IMG/VR virus record: IMGVR_UViG_3300023179_005195
Span: 53,211-73,210 of that record
DNA from: an uncultured virus (IMG/VR IMGVR_UViG_3300023179_005195)
Lineage: Duplodnaviria; Heunggongvirae; Uroviricota; Caudoviricetes
Length of the DNA stretch: 20,000 bases
Reading direction: 5' to 3' (one strand)
Shown one piece after another: positions 1 through 8,371 of this stretch. Within the stretch, counting starts at the first letter, position 1. Each line of letters opens with the position of its first letter. The notes under the pieces are model-generated. The model worked only from the letters and a program-made list of their open reading frames with translations. It did no database searches and had not been told where the DNA came from. Both the position numbers and the translations under genes were made by a program.

Positions 1-102
1 TGGTGGACGACCTTGTGAATCTGTTTGTGCTGGTGTTTGATTGATATTAGCTGATGCCGGAGTCTGAATTCGACTGGGAATATTTAATTTACCTTTTTTC
101 AT
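1..102 (-). CDS. Hypothetical protein, 5' portion (runs off the left edge of the window)
   Basis: Read manually: ATG at 102 preceded by AAAGGT, open to the edge: MKKGKLNIPSRIQTPASANINQTPAQTDSQGRPP...; directly follows the folE stop. Confidence 0.7.
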   Translation of the reverse strand, partial: MKKGKLNIPSRIQTPASANINQTPAQTDSQGRPP

Positions 103-116
103 TTGTTACCTTTAAG

Positions 117-806
117 TTATCGTTTCTGGCAAGAATTTACAATATTCATAAATTCTAATCGTACACTGGGATCTGATTTAAATACTCCTCCCAATTTACT
201 AGTTGTAGTAGATGAACCTGTGTCCTCAACTCCTCTACTTTTGACACAATAATGTTGGGCGTCGATAACTACCGCAATATTTTCTGTATCTAAAATATAG
301 GATAACGCATGATATATCTGTTCAGTAAGTCTTTCTTGAATTTGAGGACGTTTACTAAAATATTCTACTACTCTATTAATTTTACTCAATCCTAGTACTT
401 TTGTTCTTGGTATGTATGCTACTGTGGCCAATCCGTCAATAACAACAAAATGATGCTCACAATTGGATTGAACATTAATATTACGTTCTACGACCATTTC
501 ATCGTATTTCATTTTATTGTCCACTGTGGTACATTTAGGAAATGCTTCCCAATCTAACCCCCAGAAGATTTCATTTACATACATCTTGGCCACACGCTTT
601 GGTGTTTCTGCTAGACTATCATCTGATAAATCTAGATCAAGAGCCTTCATTATTTGAGAAAACAATTGCTCAATTACTTCAATTTTACCTTTACGATCTA
701 TTATAAAGGTTCGTTCACTAGTAGGAGTTTCTACTCCGCATTTTACCAAATGTTCATGAATACGACGACCAAGATCAGGGTCTGTTTTAGTTTTATTATA
801 AGACAT
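117..806 (-). CDS. folE: GTP cyclohydrolase I (type IA)
   Basis: Motifs ETPKRVAKMY, SNCEHHF, GLSKINRVV, RPQIQERLT, QHYCVKSRG with the Zn-binding Cys/His residues. Start reassigned to ATG 806 (MSYNKTK), which has the SD AAGGAAGG upstream; the ORF track starts at 857. Confidence 0.95.
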   Translation of the reverse strand: MSYNKTKTDPDLGRRIHEHLVKCGVETPTSERTFIIDRKGKIEVIEQLFSQIMKALDLDLSDDSLAETPKRVAKMYVNEIFWGLDWEAFPKCTTVDNKMKYDEMVVERNINVQSNCEHHFVVIDGLATVAYIPRTKVLGLSKINRVVEYFSKRPQIQERLTEQIYHALSYILDTENIAVVIDAQHYCVKSRGVEDTGSSTTTSKLGGVFKSDPSVRLEFMNIVNSCQKR

Positions 807-860
807 TATATTTCCTTCCTTACGCGGTACGCTTAATTTGTCACCGTTATGTGACATTCA

Positions 861-868
861 TATTTATT
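861..868 (-). promoter_or_regulatory. Putative T4-like late promoter (AATAAATA) upstream of folE
   Basis: Minus-strand AATAAATA is 1 mismatch from TATAAATA and lies in the intergenic gap; the AT-rich background lowers specificity. Confidence 0.45.
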
Positions 869-875
869 TGTCAGA

Positions 876-1109
876 TTAATAGTCATTCAGTAATCCTGAA
901 ATCATCATCTCACGTTCTGTCATATGTGCGACAGGTCGAAGCCAACCTTTACCAAGACATTCTAAAATTATGTCTTTATATTTCTCTGGACATTTTCGGG
1001 CGATTTCAAAACTTGCTCTTGGAGACACTGTCATTTCATCATTGATTAAAAATGCAGGGTTATCTGTCTTGATTGAAATAATCTGAGATTGATAAGTTTT
1101 AAAGTTCAT
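876..1109 (-). CDS. Hypothetical phage protein (~77 aa)
   Basis: ORF co-oriented with its neighbours; likely start MNFKTYQ at 1109 (ORF track starts at 1127). Confidence 0.7.
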   Translation of the reverse strand: MNFKTYQSQIISIKTDNPAFLINDEMTVSPRASFEIARKCPEKYKDIILECLGKGWLRPVAHMTEREMMISGLLNDY

Positions 1110-1139
1110 ACTTGATTGTAACATCAAGTTATATGAGTG

Positions 1140-1853
1140 TCAATACCAGATATAAAAATTATTTTTAAACGGCTTTCCATTTTTTGCCTTATTGAGATTT
1201 TTTTGAATTTGCTTTTTGAGTCGTTGCATCACAGGATGGTTCCAATCTTTTTTAAAAACCTGTAAGTATTTCCTTAAACATGGCATTTTGGTTGTATGGC
1301 ATTTAATTTTACCATCTAAAAAATCTATAATACGTAGATTATCATTTTTAAACTTCATTAGTAGTTCACAGGCAATGTTAAAACTGTAGGCATCTATCTC
1401 ATCTCTATGTCCAAGATAATTTTGTTCTTCTCTTAATTCAGTATGTTTTACTACACTTATATAATTAGGAATGTCTTTATAATTTCTTTTTCTATATTGC
1501 CTCATATGGATAATTTCGTGTAACATAACATCACTTATTAAACTAGCTAAAGAAAATAAATTCGATGTGCATATGCTGATTTTTTTATATCTTTTAGCAT
1601 AATAACAATCTATTGTGATAGATTTTTTTCCTAATTGATCTGATTCGGCACAATAAGAGCCCCCTATATAAATTTCATTTTTTGGAACTTTAGGTGTATA
1701 GTGAGCTTTTACAATAACTGGTGCAATTGACTTTATATGCCTAGATAGACGTTTATGAAATAAGGTTACAGGTAGATCATCATCCTGCAAATTATATGTT
1801 TGATATATACTGTCTATAATATGGTTTCTAGATAAATTAGCCCAGATAAACAT
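1140..1853 (-). CDS. Putative zinc metallopeptidase-like protein (HEXXH)
   Basis: MLHEIIHMRQY motif plus downstream YLGHRDEIDAYS supplying a candidate third ligand (Glu). Likely start MFIWANL at 1853, just after the upstream stop. Confidence 0.6.
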   Translation of the reverse strand: MFIWANLSRNHIIDSIYQTYNLQDDDLPVTLFHKRLSRHIKSIAPVIVKAHYTPKVPKNEIYIGGSYCAESDQLGKKSITIDCYYAKRYKKISICTSNLFSLASLISDVMLHEIIHMRQYRKRNYKDIPNYISVVKHTELREEQNYLGHRDEIDAYSFNIACELLMKFKNDNLRIIDFLDGKIKCHTTKMPCLRKYLQVFKKDWNHPVMQRLKKQIQKNLNKAKNGKPFKNNFYIWY

Positions 1854-1861
1854 CAAAATAT

Positions 1862-2563
1862 TTATAATATTAATTTTTTTGGAATCATATATAACCAATT
1901 CATTACACCAGGCCTACCTTCACTCAATAGCAAATTTTTTTCTTCTTTGGTTAGATCTTTAATAGCATGATGATCCGATGTTTTGTTTAAATCATCTAAG
2001 ATATTAAAGACATGATGTGAATCATTAAATCTTTCATTTAAAATTTGCGTAATAGGAATACCTTGAAAATCGTGGCATTCAACAATAATACACGATTTTA
2101 CCAATTCGCTGTTTATGTTTTGATCTAAAAAAGTTATCTCATACCCTTCAACATCTATGAATAAAAAAGGTTTCTTGTACTTGCGCATAATATATTGTAT
2201 TACATCTATATCAGCATAGTTCCATAATTCTACATTAGATAACTTATTTGATTGAAGATTATACAAAGCATTAATTAGCTCGTGTTCTGCATTATCTATA
2301 AGAATGTTTCTGACATTGGGGAGTCGTTTAGCTAACCCTAACCCGTAATATCCTTCACCACACCCTAAATTTATAACTAAATCTGGTTGGTAGTTTATTG
2401 TCTGTTCAATGGCAGCGTAAAGTTGCGATTCATAACTTCCTAATAATTTATTTCCTAAACATCCATTGTCGTAATTGCATAATTTTAAACCAGTAAAGGG
2501 TCCTTGTTGAACAATCCCTTGTGTTCTTTCATGTACAATATTATTTAAATATGTTCTATTCAT
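1862..2563 (-). CDS. SAM-dependent methyltransferase (FkbM-like)
   Basis: Motif I VINLGCGEGYYG, FkbM-like LFIDVEGYE and IIVECH. Likely start MNRTYL at 2563, overlapping the upstream stop (ATGAATAG). Confidence 0.75.
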   Translation of the reverse strand: MNRTYLNNIVHERTQGIVQQGPFTGLKLCNYDNGCLGNKLLGSYESQLYAAIEQTINYQPDLVINLGCGEGYYGLGLAKRLPNVRNILIDNAEHELINALYNLQSNKLSNVELWNYADIDVIQYIMRKYKKPFLFIDVEGYEITFLDQNINSELVKSCIIVECHDFQGIPITQILNERFNDSHHVFNILDDLNKTSDHHAIKDLTKEEKNLLLSEGRPGVMNWLYMIPKKLIL

Positions 2564-3314
2564 ACAATAATCTTCCATCTTTACTGGTATATCTTTTATT
2601 AGGGTCAAAATGACCGTATGTTTCAAACCCAGGTTCTCCTGGTAATATACGTTTGCCTGTGAACCATTCACCGATATGGTTTATAAGTTTAAGTCCAAAA
2701 AAGTTTTTAACATTGGCAGATACCATGCCGTATTTGTCATTTAAAATTTTACCAATTGTCCCTTCATTAATATTATGAGAAATTAATTCTTTCCAGGGAT
2801 ACTTAATTATATTATGGCTATAAAGACTGGCCATAGGTGAAAATATGCAACTATTTTTTTGGTACCTAAAATTCTTGTAAATTATATCATCGTTGTTTGC
2901 ACTAGGATCTTGCTCATTACTGTACCAAGCCTGTCTAGATAATGTAACCTGACTGATTTGTTTGTCTTTTTCTAAAATTTCAATTAAATCACTTATACAA
3001 ATAGGTTCTAGAAAGACCACATCATCCTCTTGATGAAATATATAATCATACTCTCTATCTCTTATCATATTCCAAAATTCTGTCCAGGTAGCACTTAGAC
3101 CAATATTGTTCTTATGAAAAATTATTTCGTTATAGTTATAGTAAGTTAAAAATGATCTTAACATAAGATCATTTCTTGTCCTGGGATAATCATCTATAAA
3201 AATCTTATCAACTTTACATCCGTACCAATTTAACATTCTTTGACTATTCAAACTTGGGATTAGATATTCTAGTCTGTTAGTGCTAAAAATGATGTGACAA
3301 ATTTTATAACTCAT
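2556..3314 (-). CDS. Glycosyltransferase, GT-A fold (GT2-like)
   Basis: N-terminal IIFSTNRLEYL, FIDD, NIGLSA and the DxD-type YDYIFHQEDD motif. Confidence 0.75.
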   Translation of the reverse strand: MSYKICHIIFSTNRLEYLIPSLNSQRMLNWYGCKVDKIFIDDYPRTRNDLMLRSFLTYYNYNEIIFHKNNIGLSATWTEFWNMIRDREYDYIFHQEDDVVFLEPICISDLIEILEKDKQISQVTLSRQAWYSNEQDPSANNDDIIYKNFRYQKNSCIFSPMASLYSHNIIKYPWKELISHNINEGTIGKILNDKYGMVSANVKNFFGLKLINHIGEWFTGKRILPGEPGFETYGHFDPNKRYTSKDGRLLYE

Positions 3315-3853
3315 TATGTATCAAAGAAAAAAGTTTGAAAAAGTCTTCCATTGTGTAGATTATCACCAAAATAATCTATACTCGCATGAAATAAGTCTCC
3401 TCTATACAAGATTAATCTATTATACCTATTTCCTATTTTATCGAACAGATCCCATTTGGTAAAATCATACCCTTCATAGTCGGTATCTACTCTTCTATAA
3501 TTTTTAGATAGTTTGTGTTGGTAAAGAGCAGTTCCTGCACTTACAGGAGCATCTGGGCTAAGATAACATACTCCTGCCCATTTGTTAAAGTAGTCACTGT
3601 GTATCCAAGTTCTATCTTGTGCAGTAGCTATTTGAAAAGCCCCTGTATATCCGTAATTTTCAAACCAATTAGTAATACGTCCTACAGGATTCATCCAATG
3701 TTGGATTGAAAATTTTACATCTTCGGGCAAATATGGTCTTGTTCTAGCACCCGGAAAATTACCAGTGACATTAAAAGGCAGGCTCAACGCATAATTTCTA
3801 ACTATATCAGGATTGGTATAGAAATTATCTACAATAATTAAGGTAAGATCCAT
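3314..3853 (-). CDS. Fe(II)/2-oxoglutarate-dependent oxygenase (DUF6445-like)
   Basis: IIVDNFY..PD.VR start, FPGART, HxD (WIHSD), distal His (LFHAS) and terminal RLFQTFFF. Confidence 0.8.
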   Translation of the reverse strand: MDLTLIIVDNFYTNPDIVRNYALSLPFNVTGNFPGARTRPYLPEDVKFSIQHWMNPVGRITNWFENYGYTGAFQIATAQDRTWIHSDYFNKWAGVCYLSPDAPVSAGTALYQHKLSKNYRRVDTDYEGYDFTKWDLFDKIGNRYNRLILYRGDLFHASIDYFGDNLHNGRLFQTFFFDT

Positions 3854-4614
3854 TAATATTTTAAATACCTTCCATTAACACCGTCCCATCCATTTACGGT
3901 CCATGGAACATGAATTATATCTTGTTCAAATTCTCTTGTAAAGAAATATAATAAAGTTTCTATATCGTAATGTGTTGAATTTTCTTTGCCTGTTATTTCG
4001 CAGATTACTCGATTTATGTCTAGCATTTTATCTAGATATTGTGATCCCCAACCATATAATACACTAGAGTATTGATAAAGTTTATTATCACCTTGTAAAG
4101 CTCTTCTATCTACCATTTGATAACCCCAGTTATCATTCCAGTCAAAGCTAAGATGATTTTTAAAGAATAGTTTATCTGTGTTTTCTGGTGTAAAATATTC
4201 TAAGCTAAAAGATCCATCTATAAAATACCTACCACTAAGTTTACATATATAATCGTAATGTCTAAGTTCGTCATAAAATTTTTCCATAAATGTTTTTACT
4301 ATTGTTGTTTCGCAATGACTTTTATTATTATGAGTCCTTACCTTGTGATATATTTCTGGAAATAATTTTTTTACACTGATAAATTTACAGCGTCTTTGCC
4401 AGTTTATCACGCCTTCATAAGAGTCGTAATTATCTGACGCATCTATTACAAAAATATCTAGTTCGGGATTTCTTACTAGGTCTAAAGAATTAACAGTGAA
4501 TAGTGTTTGTCGAAGTCTTTCTTCTGATGAGAAATGAGACCTAACCTGGCTATAAGTTAATGGATACTGATTGTCAACATCTATACTACTTGTTACTATA
4601 AAAGCAATTTTCAT
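3853..4614 (-). CDS. Hypothetical protein, possibly glycosyltransferase-related
   Basis: 253 aa ORF overlapping both neighbours, with a YDYICKLSGRY motif and GT-A-like beta/alpha pattern; function inferred from context. Confidence 0.55.
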   Translation of the reverse strand: MKIAFIVTSSIDVDNQYPLTYSQVRSHFSSEERLRQTLFTVNSLDLVRNPELDIFVIDASDNYDSYEGVINWQRRCKFISVKKLFPEIYHKVRTHNNKSHCETTIVKTFMEKFYDELRHYDYICKLSGRYFIDGSFSLEYFTPENTDKLFFKNHLSFDWNDNWGYQMVDRRALQGDNKLYQYSSVLYGWGSQYLDKMLDINRVICEITGKENSTHYDIETLLYFFTREFEQDIIHVPWTVNGWDGVNGRYLKY

Positions 4615-5630
4615 CTATAGAAATCTTTTGATTGTAATTTGACCAAATAGTCATGATATTTTTTATATATCACTTCTTCTCCGTAATTATCTTCAGCAAA
4701 TTTTCTGCAAACATGTGGGTCAATAGTATGTATATTTTTCAAAGCATCTACGAACTCTCTCATTTCTCTACATCTAAATCCTGTAACACCATGTACTACT
4801 GTATCTATAAAACCACCCCAATCAGTGGTTATCGATGGTGTACCAGATAAGTATCCTTCAATTACCATATTTCCAAAAGGTTCTATATAGTATGTAGGTC
4901 CAAATATTGCTTTGGCATTTTTCATTAGTTCTTTTCTTTGTCGTGCGTCGCACAATCCTACACAGGTAACATGTTCGGGTATTTCTTTATATCCTAGATC
5001 TTCTAGAGAACCTGGTCCTGCTATTATTAATTTATCACCCGATAATTGAGTAGCCTGTATACAAACATTTATTCCTTTACTTTCTATTACTCTTCCAAAA
5101 TAAAGAACATAGTTTTCTTTTTTGGCTGTAAATTCAAATTCGCTTGGAGTAAATCCATTAGATATTACAGCATCAAACCAGCTAGGAGTCATTAACATCT
5201 TATGATGCCCATAGTACATATGTTGTACAGCATAAGAAGAGAACACTCTAAAAGGGGCAAATACAGCAGTATGATCATAGGCTATGTATGGTTCTACAAT
5301 AGTTAAGTCAATGTTCATTTCTGCTGCTTGCTGGTTGCCCCATCCATGAAAACACATGATCATGTCTCCAGGTTTTTTACGTTGTTGAATTTCTTTACCT
5401 GCGTTGACATTGTATACTCTCATGTTTTCCTGGTAGTCATTATAGATAAAAGGTAACGCCATGACAGTTTCGCAATTAACTTGGCAACCTGGTATTCCAT
5501 AATGTATACAATCCCAACCGTATTTCATCATGTTGTCAATAAACTTAACGGCTCCTACAGCAAACGCATCTATACGATTATCAATGTGTACAGGTTTGTC
5601 TGGAGCAGAAAGTATGTGTAATGTAGTCAT
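4611..5630 (-). CDS. Glycosyltransferase, GT-B fold (GT4 / Glycos_transf_1)
   Basis: YFGRVIESKG, LIIAG, EPFGNMVIEGYLSGTPSI (ExFGxxxxE signature) and VHGVTGF. Confidence 0.9.
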   Translation of the reverse strand: MTTLHILSAPDKPVHIDNRIDAFAVGAVKFIDNMMKYGWDCIHYGIPGCQVNCETVMALPFIYNDYQENMRVYNVNAGKEIQQRKKPGDMIMCFHGWGNQQAAEMNIDLTIVEPYIAYDHTAVFAPFRVFSSYAVQHMYYGHHKMLMTPSWFDAVISNGFTPSEFEFTAKKENYVLYFGRVIESKGINVCIQATQLSGDKLIIAGPGSLEDLGYKEIPEHVTCVGLCDARQRKELMKNAKAIFGPTYYIEPFGNMVIEGYLSGTPSITTDWGGFIDTVVHGVTGFRCREMREFVDALKNIHTIDPHVCRKFAEDNYGEEVIYKKYHDYLVKLQSKDFYR

Positions 5631-5664
5631 ATTATTAATTATCTTAATACTTAATTACAAAAAA

Positions 5665-5844
5665 TTATTCTGGTCTCCATTCTACTCGACCCCATTGATC
5701 GACTTTGGCAATACTAGAGATACGTTTGATTTCAACATAATCTTTTTTCTCAACAATTATAACGCCTCCTCTTTTTACTAGGTCTTCTATTTTTTGAGTA
5801 GCATTAAAATTTAACGGTTCAAATTTTTTTAATTTTTTATTCAC
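5665..5844 (-). CDS. Small hypothetical protein (59 aa), not in the ORF track
   Basis: Read manually: SD GGAG, GTG start, MNKKLKKFEPLNFNATQKIEDLVKRGGVIIVEKKDYVEIKRISSIAKVDQWGRVEWRPE-TAA; fills the gap between neighbours. Confidence 0.75.
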   Translation of the reverse strand: MNKKLKKFEPLNFNATQKIEDLVKRGGVIIVEKKDYVEIKRISSIAKVDQWGRVEWRPE

Positions 5845-5853
5845 AATATTCTC

Positions 5854-6456
5854 CTACATTATAGGCGCATTGCCGTTACGAAATCCTACATGCCCTCCTT
5901 GTGCTACAATCCTAGCATTAACTTCTTCAAGACTAATTGGAGCAAAGTCAATTTGTTCAACACTTACGTTGAAATAACGTGGGTCGATCTCGTCACCATA
6001 TTCAAATTCTCCGGACTTTCGATTAACACCCGTGATCTTCATCACACGGTTGGCGTGAAGGTGTCCGTGAATGTTGGTGCCAAACCTACCAAGACTTTCT
6101 GGATGAATGGGAACGTGACTAAAGATCATACCGTTCTTAACGTCAAAGGCACGAATGTCTCTAAAGTATTGGCTGTAGTCCTCCAGTTTAAAGATATCGT
6201 GGTTACCGCGTATAAGCACTTTGTCTCCATTAAGCCTACCAAGAATGTGTAGGAACTTGCGATTGATAACCACATCGCCACAGTGGTATACCTTGTCATT
6301 TGGACGAACACGTTCGTTCCAAGCCTTTACCATAAACTCGTCCATTTCTTCAGCACAACTGAAGGGACGAAGTGGTGAGCCGTCTGCCCGTTTGAATACG
6401 GTGCAGGTTTTCTCGTGTCCGAAATGTGTGTCACTGATAAAAAAAGTTGCTGGCAT
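5854..6456 (-). CDS. Calcineurin-like metallophosphoesterase
   Basis: Complete motif set: SDTHFGH, GDVV, GNHD, SHVP, HGHLH. Confidence 0.9.
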   Translation of the reverse strand: MPATFFISDTHFGHEKTCTVFKRADGSPLRPFSCAEEMDEFMVKAWNERVRPNDKVYHCGDVVINRKFLHILGRLNGDKVLIRGNHDIFKLEDYSQYFRDIRAFDVKNGMIFSHVPIHPESLGRFGTNIHGHLHANRVMKITGVNRKSGEFEYGDEIDPRYFNVSVEQIDFAPISLEEVNARIVAQGGHVGFRNGNAPIM

Positions 6457-6707
6457 TATTTTGCTCCTGATGATTTCTTCAATATATACATACTAACTAC
6501 TGGTCCTTCTATCTTTACCAAATCAGATGGATATCTATTGTATGTTAGCGATTGCCACTTTCTTGGAGGTTCTATTTTCTTAATTTTTACCATTTTTGGA
6601 TTTATTTTAACGACTATTCCCAAATCTAAAGAATTATGTAGTGAATATACTACACAATCGCCTATCTTGATTTCTTGGTCAAGTTTATCTCTAAATAATT
6701 CTGTCAT
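6456..6707 (-). CDS. Hypothetical phage protein (KOW/SH3-like)
   Basis: DKLDQEIKIGDCVVY...GIVVKINPKMVKI pattern; overlaps both neighbours. Confidence 0.7.
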   Translation of the reverse strand: MTELFRDKLDQEIKIGDCVVYSLHNSLDLGIVVKINPKMVKIKKIEPPRKWQSLTYNRYPSDLVKIEGPVVSMYILKKSSGAK

Positions 6708-7120
6708 TGAATTTCTTCTTTTGAGGTGCTGGGGAATTTACTACTACCATATCTTATTATTAACAAACTTATTGCTAAGATTAGGGTAGTACCGCCAAGG
6801 GCTATAATTTCAATTAGATTATCTTTACTATGGGCGACGATATCAACCAAATGCCGTGTCAACGCTGTTATAGCAATATAAATTAAAAATCTTACAGGCA
6901 TATGATTTGTTTTAAAATATATGCCAACCATAGCACCGATTTCAAGATAGATAAACATTAACAAAAGATCTTGTATACTAGCATGGTGTTTTTTGAACAT
7001 TTCAAAAAATTCCCATCCCGCTGCATAAACTGTAGCCGCACCGATTGAAAATAATGCCAATCTATGGAAAATTCCAACTAGATCATTACCTACTTTATCC
7101 AAAAGAGAAAATTGTTTCAT
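6704..7120 (-). CDS. psiE: Phosphate-starvation-inducible PsiE-family membrane protein
   Basis: Four hydrophobic segments, DLLLMFIYLEIGAMVGIYFKT and PVRFLIYIAITALTR signature; SD GGAGG 5 nt before ATG 7120. Confidence 0.85.
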   Translation of the reverse strand: MKQFSLLDKVGNDLVGIFHRLALFSIGAATVYAAGWEFFEMFKKHHASIQDLLLMFIYLEIGAMVGIYFKTNHMPVRFLIYIAITALTRHLVDIVAHSKDNLIEIIALGGTTLILAISLLIIRYGSSKFPSTSKEEIQ

Positions 7121-7136
7121 GTTCACCTCCTTGTTT

Positions 7137-7165
7137 ATTTTAACAGATTTTTCAAATTATGTCAA
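7137..7165 (-). promoter_or_regulatory. Sigma70-type promoter for the psiE-phosphoesterase unit
   Basis: TTGACA - 17 nt - TAAAAT on the minus strand, just upstream of the psiE SD. Confidence 0.8.
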
Positions 7166-7191
7166 GAAAAATGCAGGACTAGCCTGCATTT
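7163..7191 (-). terminator. Rho-independent terminator-like hairpin
   Basis: AAATGCAGG-CTAGT-CCTGCATTT followed by TTCTT on the minus strand, downstream of the small basic ORF. Confidence 0.7.
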
Positions 7192-7216
7192 AAGTTAATT
7201 TCATGTATGAATTACA

Positions 7217-7354
7217 CTATTTGCCCTGTCCTCGATATGATTTGTAACTTCTACGTTTAGACTTATTCATTGTACTTGTTTTTGGTGCAGACCCGCCTTG
7301 ACTGGTACTTTTTTTAATAGATTTCCTTTGACTTTGTTCTTTTGCTTTAGCCAT
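7217..7354 (-). CDS. Small basic protein (45 aa) ending ...YRGQGK, not in the ORF track
   Basis: Read manually: SD GGAG, MAKAKEQSQRKSIKKSTSQGGSAPKTSTMNKSKRRSYKSYRGQGK-TAG; resembles a conserved small hypothetical protein of T4-like aquatic phages (recalled, not searched). Confidence 0.8.
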   Translation of the reverse strand: MAKAKEQSQRKSIKKSTSQGGSAPKTSTMNKSKRRSYKSYRGQGK

Positions 7355-7372
7355 ATATAGTCTCCGTTTGTA

Positions 7373-8371
7373 TTATTTAAGCGATGATAAAATATTATGT
7401 AAACTTTGCTCAAATGTATACTGTGGTGTCCAGTTCAAATCATTACCAATGTTGTTTATACTAGGTACTCTATTACTAACATCTTCATACCCAGCACCGT
7501 AAAATTCTCCACTGCTTTTTACTTTAATCTGTACGTCAGTTACTAACTTGTGTTCCTTCATTTTTTCAATTAACATCATTGCCACTTCTCTCACACTGAA
7601 ATTGTTCCAAGGATTACCAACATTGTAAATTTTTTGGTTACTTATATCTTCATTTAATATCATAGCCTTTAGAGCTGAAACTCCGTCTCTTACATCAGTA
7701 AAACACCGTTTCTGATTGCCTCCATCTACTAAAGTAACTTCTCCTTTAATTTGAGCGTCGTTTATGAGTTGAGTAATTAGTCTACTAGATCCTTCTGAGC
7801 TTGACTCTAAACTGTCCAGGTATGGGCCTACCCAATTAAAAGGCCTGAACAAAGTAAAACGAAATGGTGACTTTTGATGCATGGCAAATACCACCCTGTC
7901 CAATAGCTGTTTACTACAGGCATAAATCCATCGGCTATATTTAATTGGGCCATAGGTTAAATCTGTGGTATTTTCGTCAAATGGTGCAATTCCTTTACCA
8001 TATACTTCGCTGGTGCTAGGAAAAATTACACGTTTGTTTAGTTTGTGACATAGTTTCAATATTCTTAAATTTTCTTCAAAATCTAGTTCAAATACATCCA
8101 TTGGACGTTCGACATATATTTTTGGTGTAGCAATGGCTACTAGCGGTAATACAATGTCTGTATCTTGTATTAAAGAATCTATGTATTGTCTAGACTGTAA
8201 AATATTAGCTTTATGAAACTGGAACCTGTTAGACGACGGAAGCATGTCTGTGCGCAGTTTATTGGCATCTATTCCTGTAATTGTATATTCTGCAAATTTT
8301 TCATCTTGTAGGATTGAATCAGTTAAATGATAGCCTATAAACCCATCAGACCCTAAAATTAATATTTTCAT
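7373..8371 (-). CDS. NAD-dependent UDP-glucuronic acid oxidase/decarboxylase (stand-alone ArnA C-terminal domain-like SDR)
   Basis: ILGSDGFIG Rossmann motif, PLVAIATP, FELDFEENL, FPSTSEVYG, RWIYACSKQLLDRV (YxxxK), FRPFNWVGP, SSRLITQ and DGGNQKRCFTD all match the ArnA decarboxylase domain. Confidence 0.85.
   Translation of the reverse strand: MKILILGSDGFIGYHLTDSILQDEKFAEYTITGIDANKLRTDMLPSSNRFQFHKANILQSRQYIDSLIQDTDIVLPLVAIATPKIYVERPMDVFELDFEENLRILKLCHKLNKRVIFPSTSEVYGKGIAPFDENTTDLTYGPIKYSRWIYACSKQLLDRVVFAMHQKSPFRFTLFRPFNWVGPYLDSLESSSEGSSRLITQLINDAQIKGEVTLVDGGNQKRCFTDVRDGVSALKAMILNEDISNQKIYNVGNPWNNFSVREVAMMLIEKMKEHKLVTDVQIKVKSSGEFYGAGYEDVSNRVPSINNIGNDLNWTPQYTFEQSLHNILSSLK

Noticed and set aside
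807..860. Known riboswitch (THF-II/folE motif or preQ1) upstream of folE
   Set aside because: I could not recognise the conserved sequence features by eye; only a simple hairpin is supported. An Infernal search is needed.
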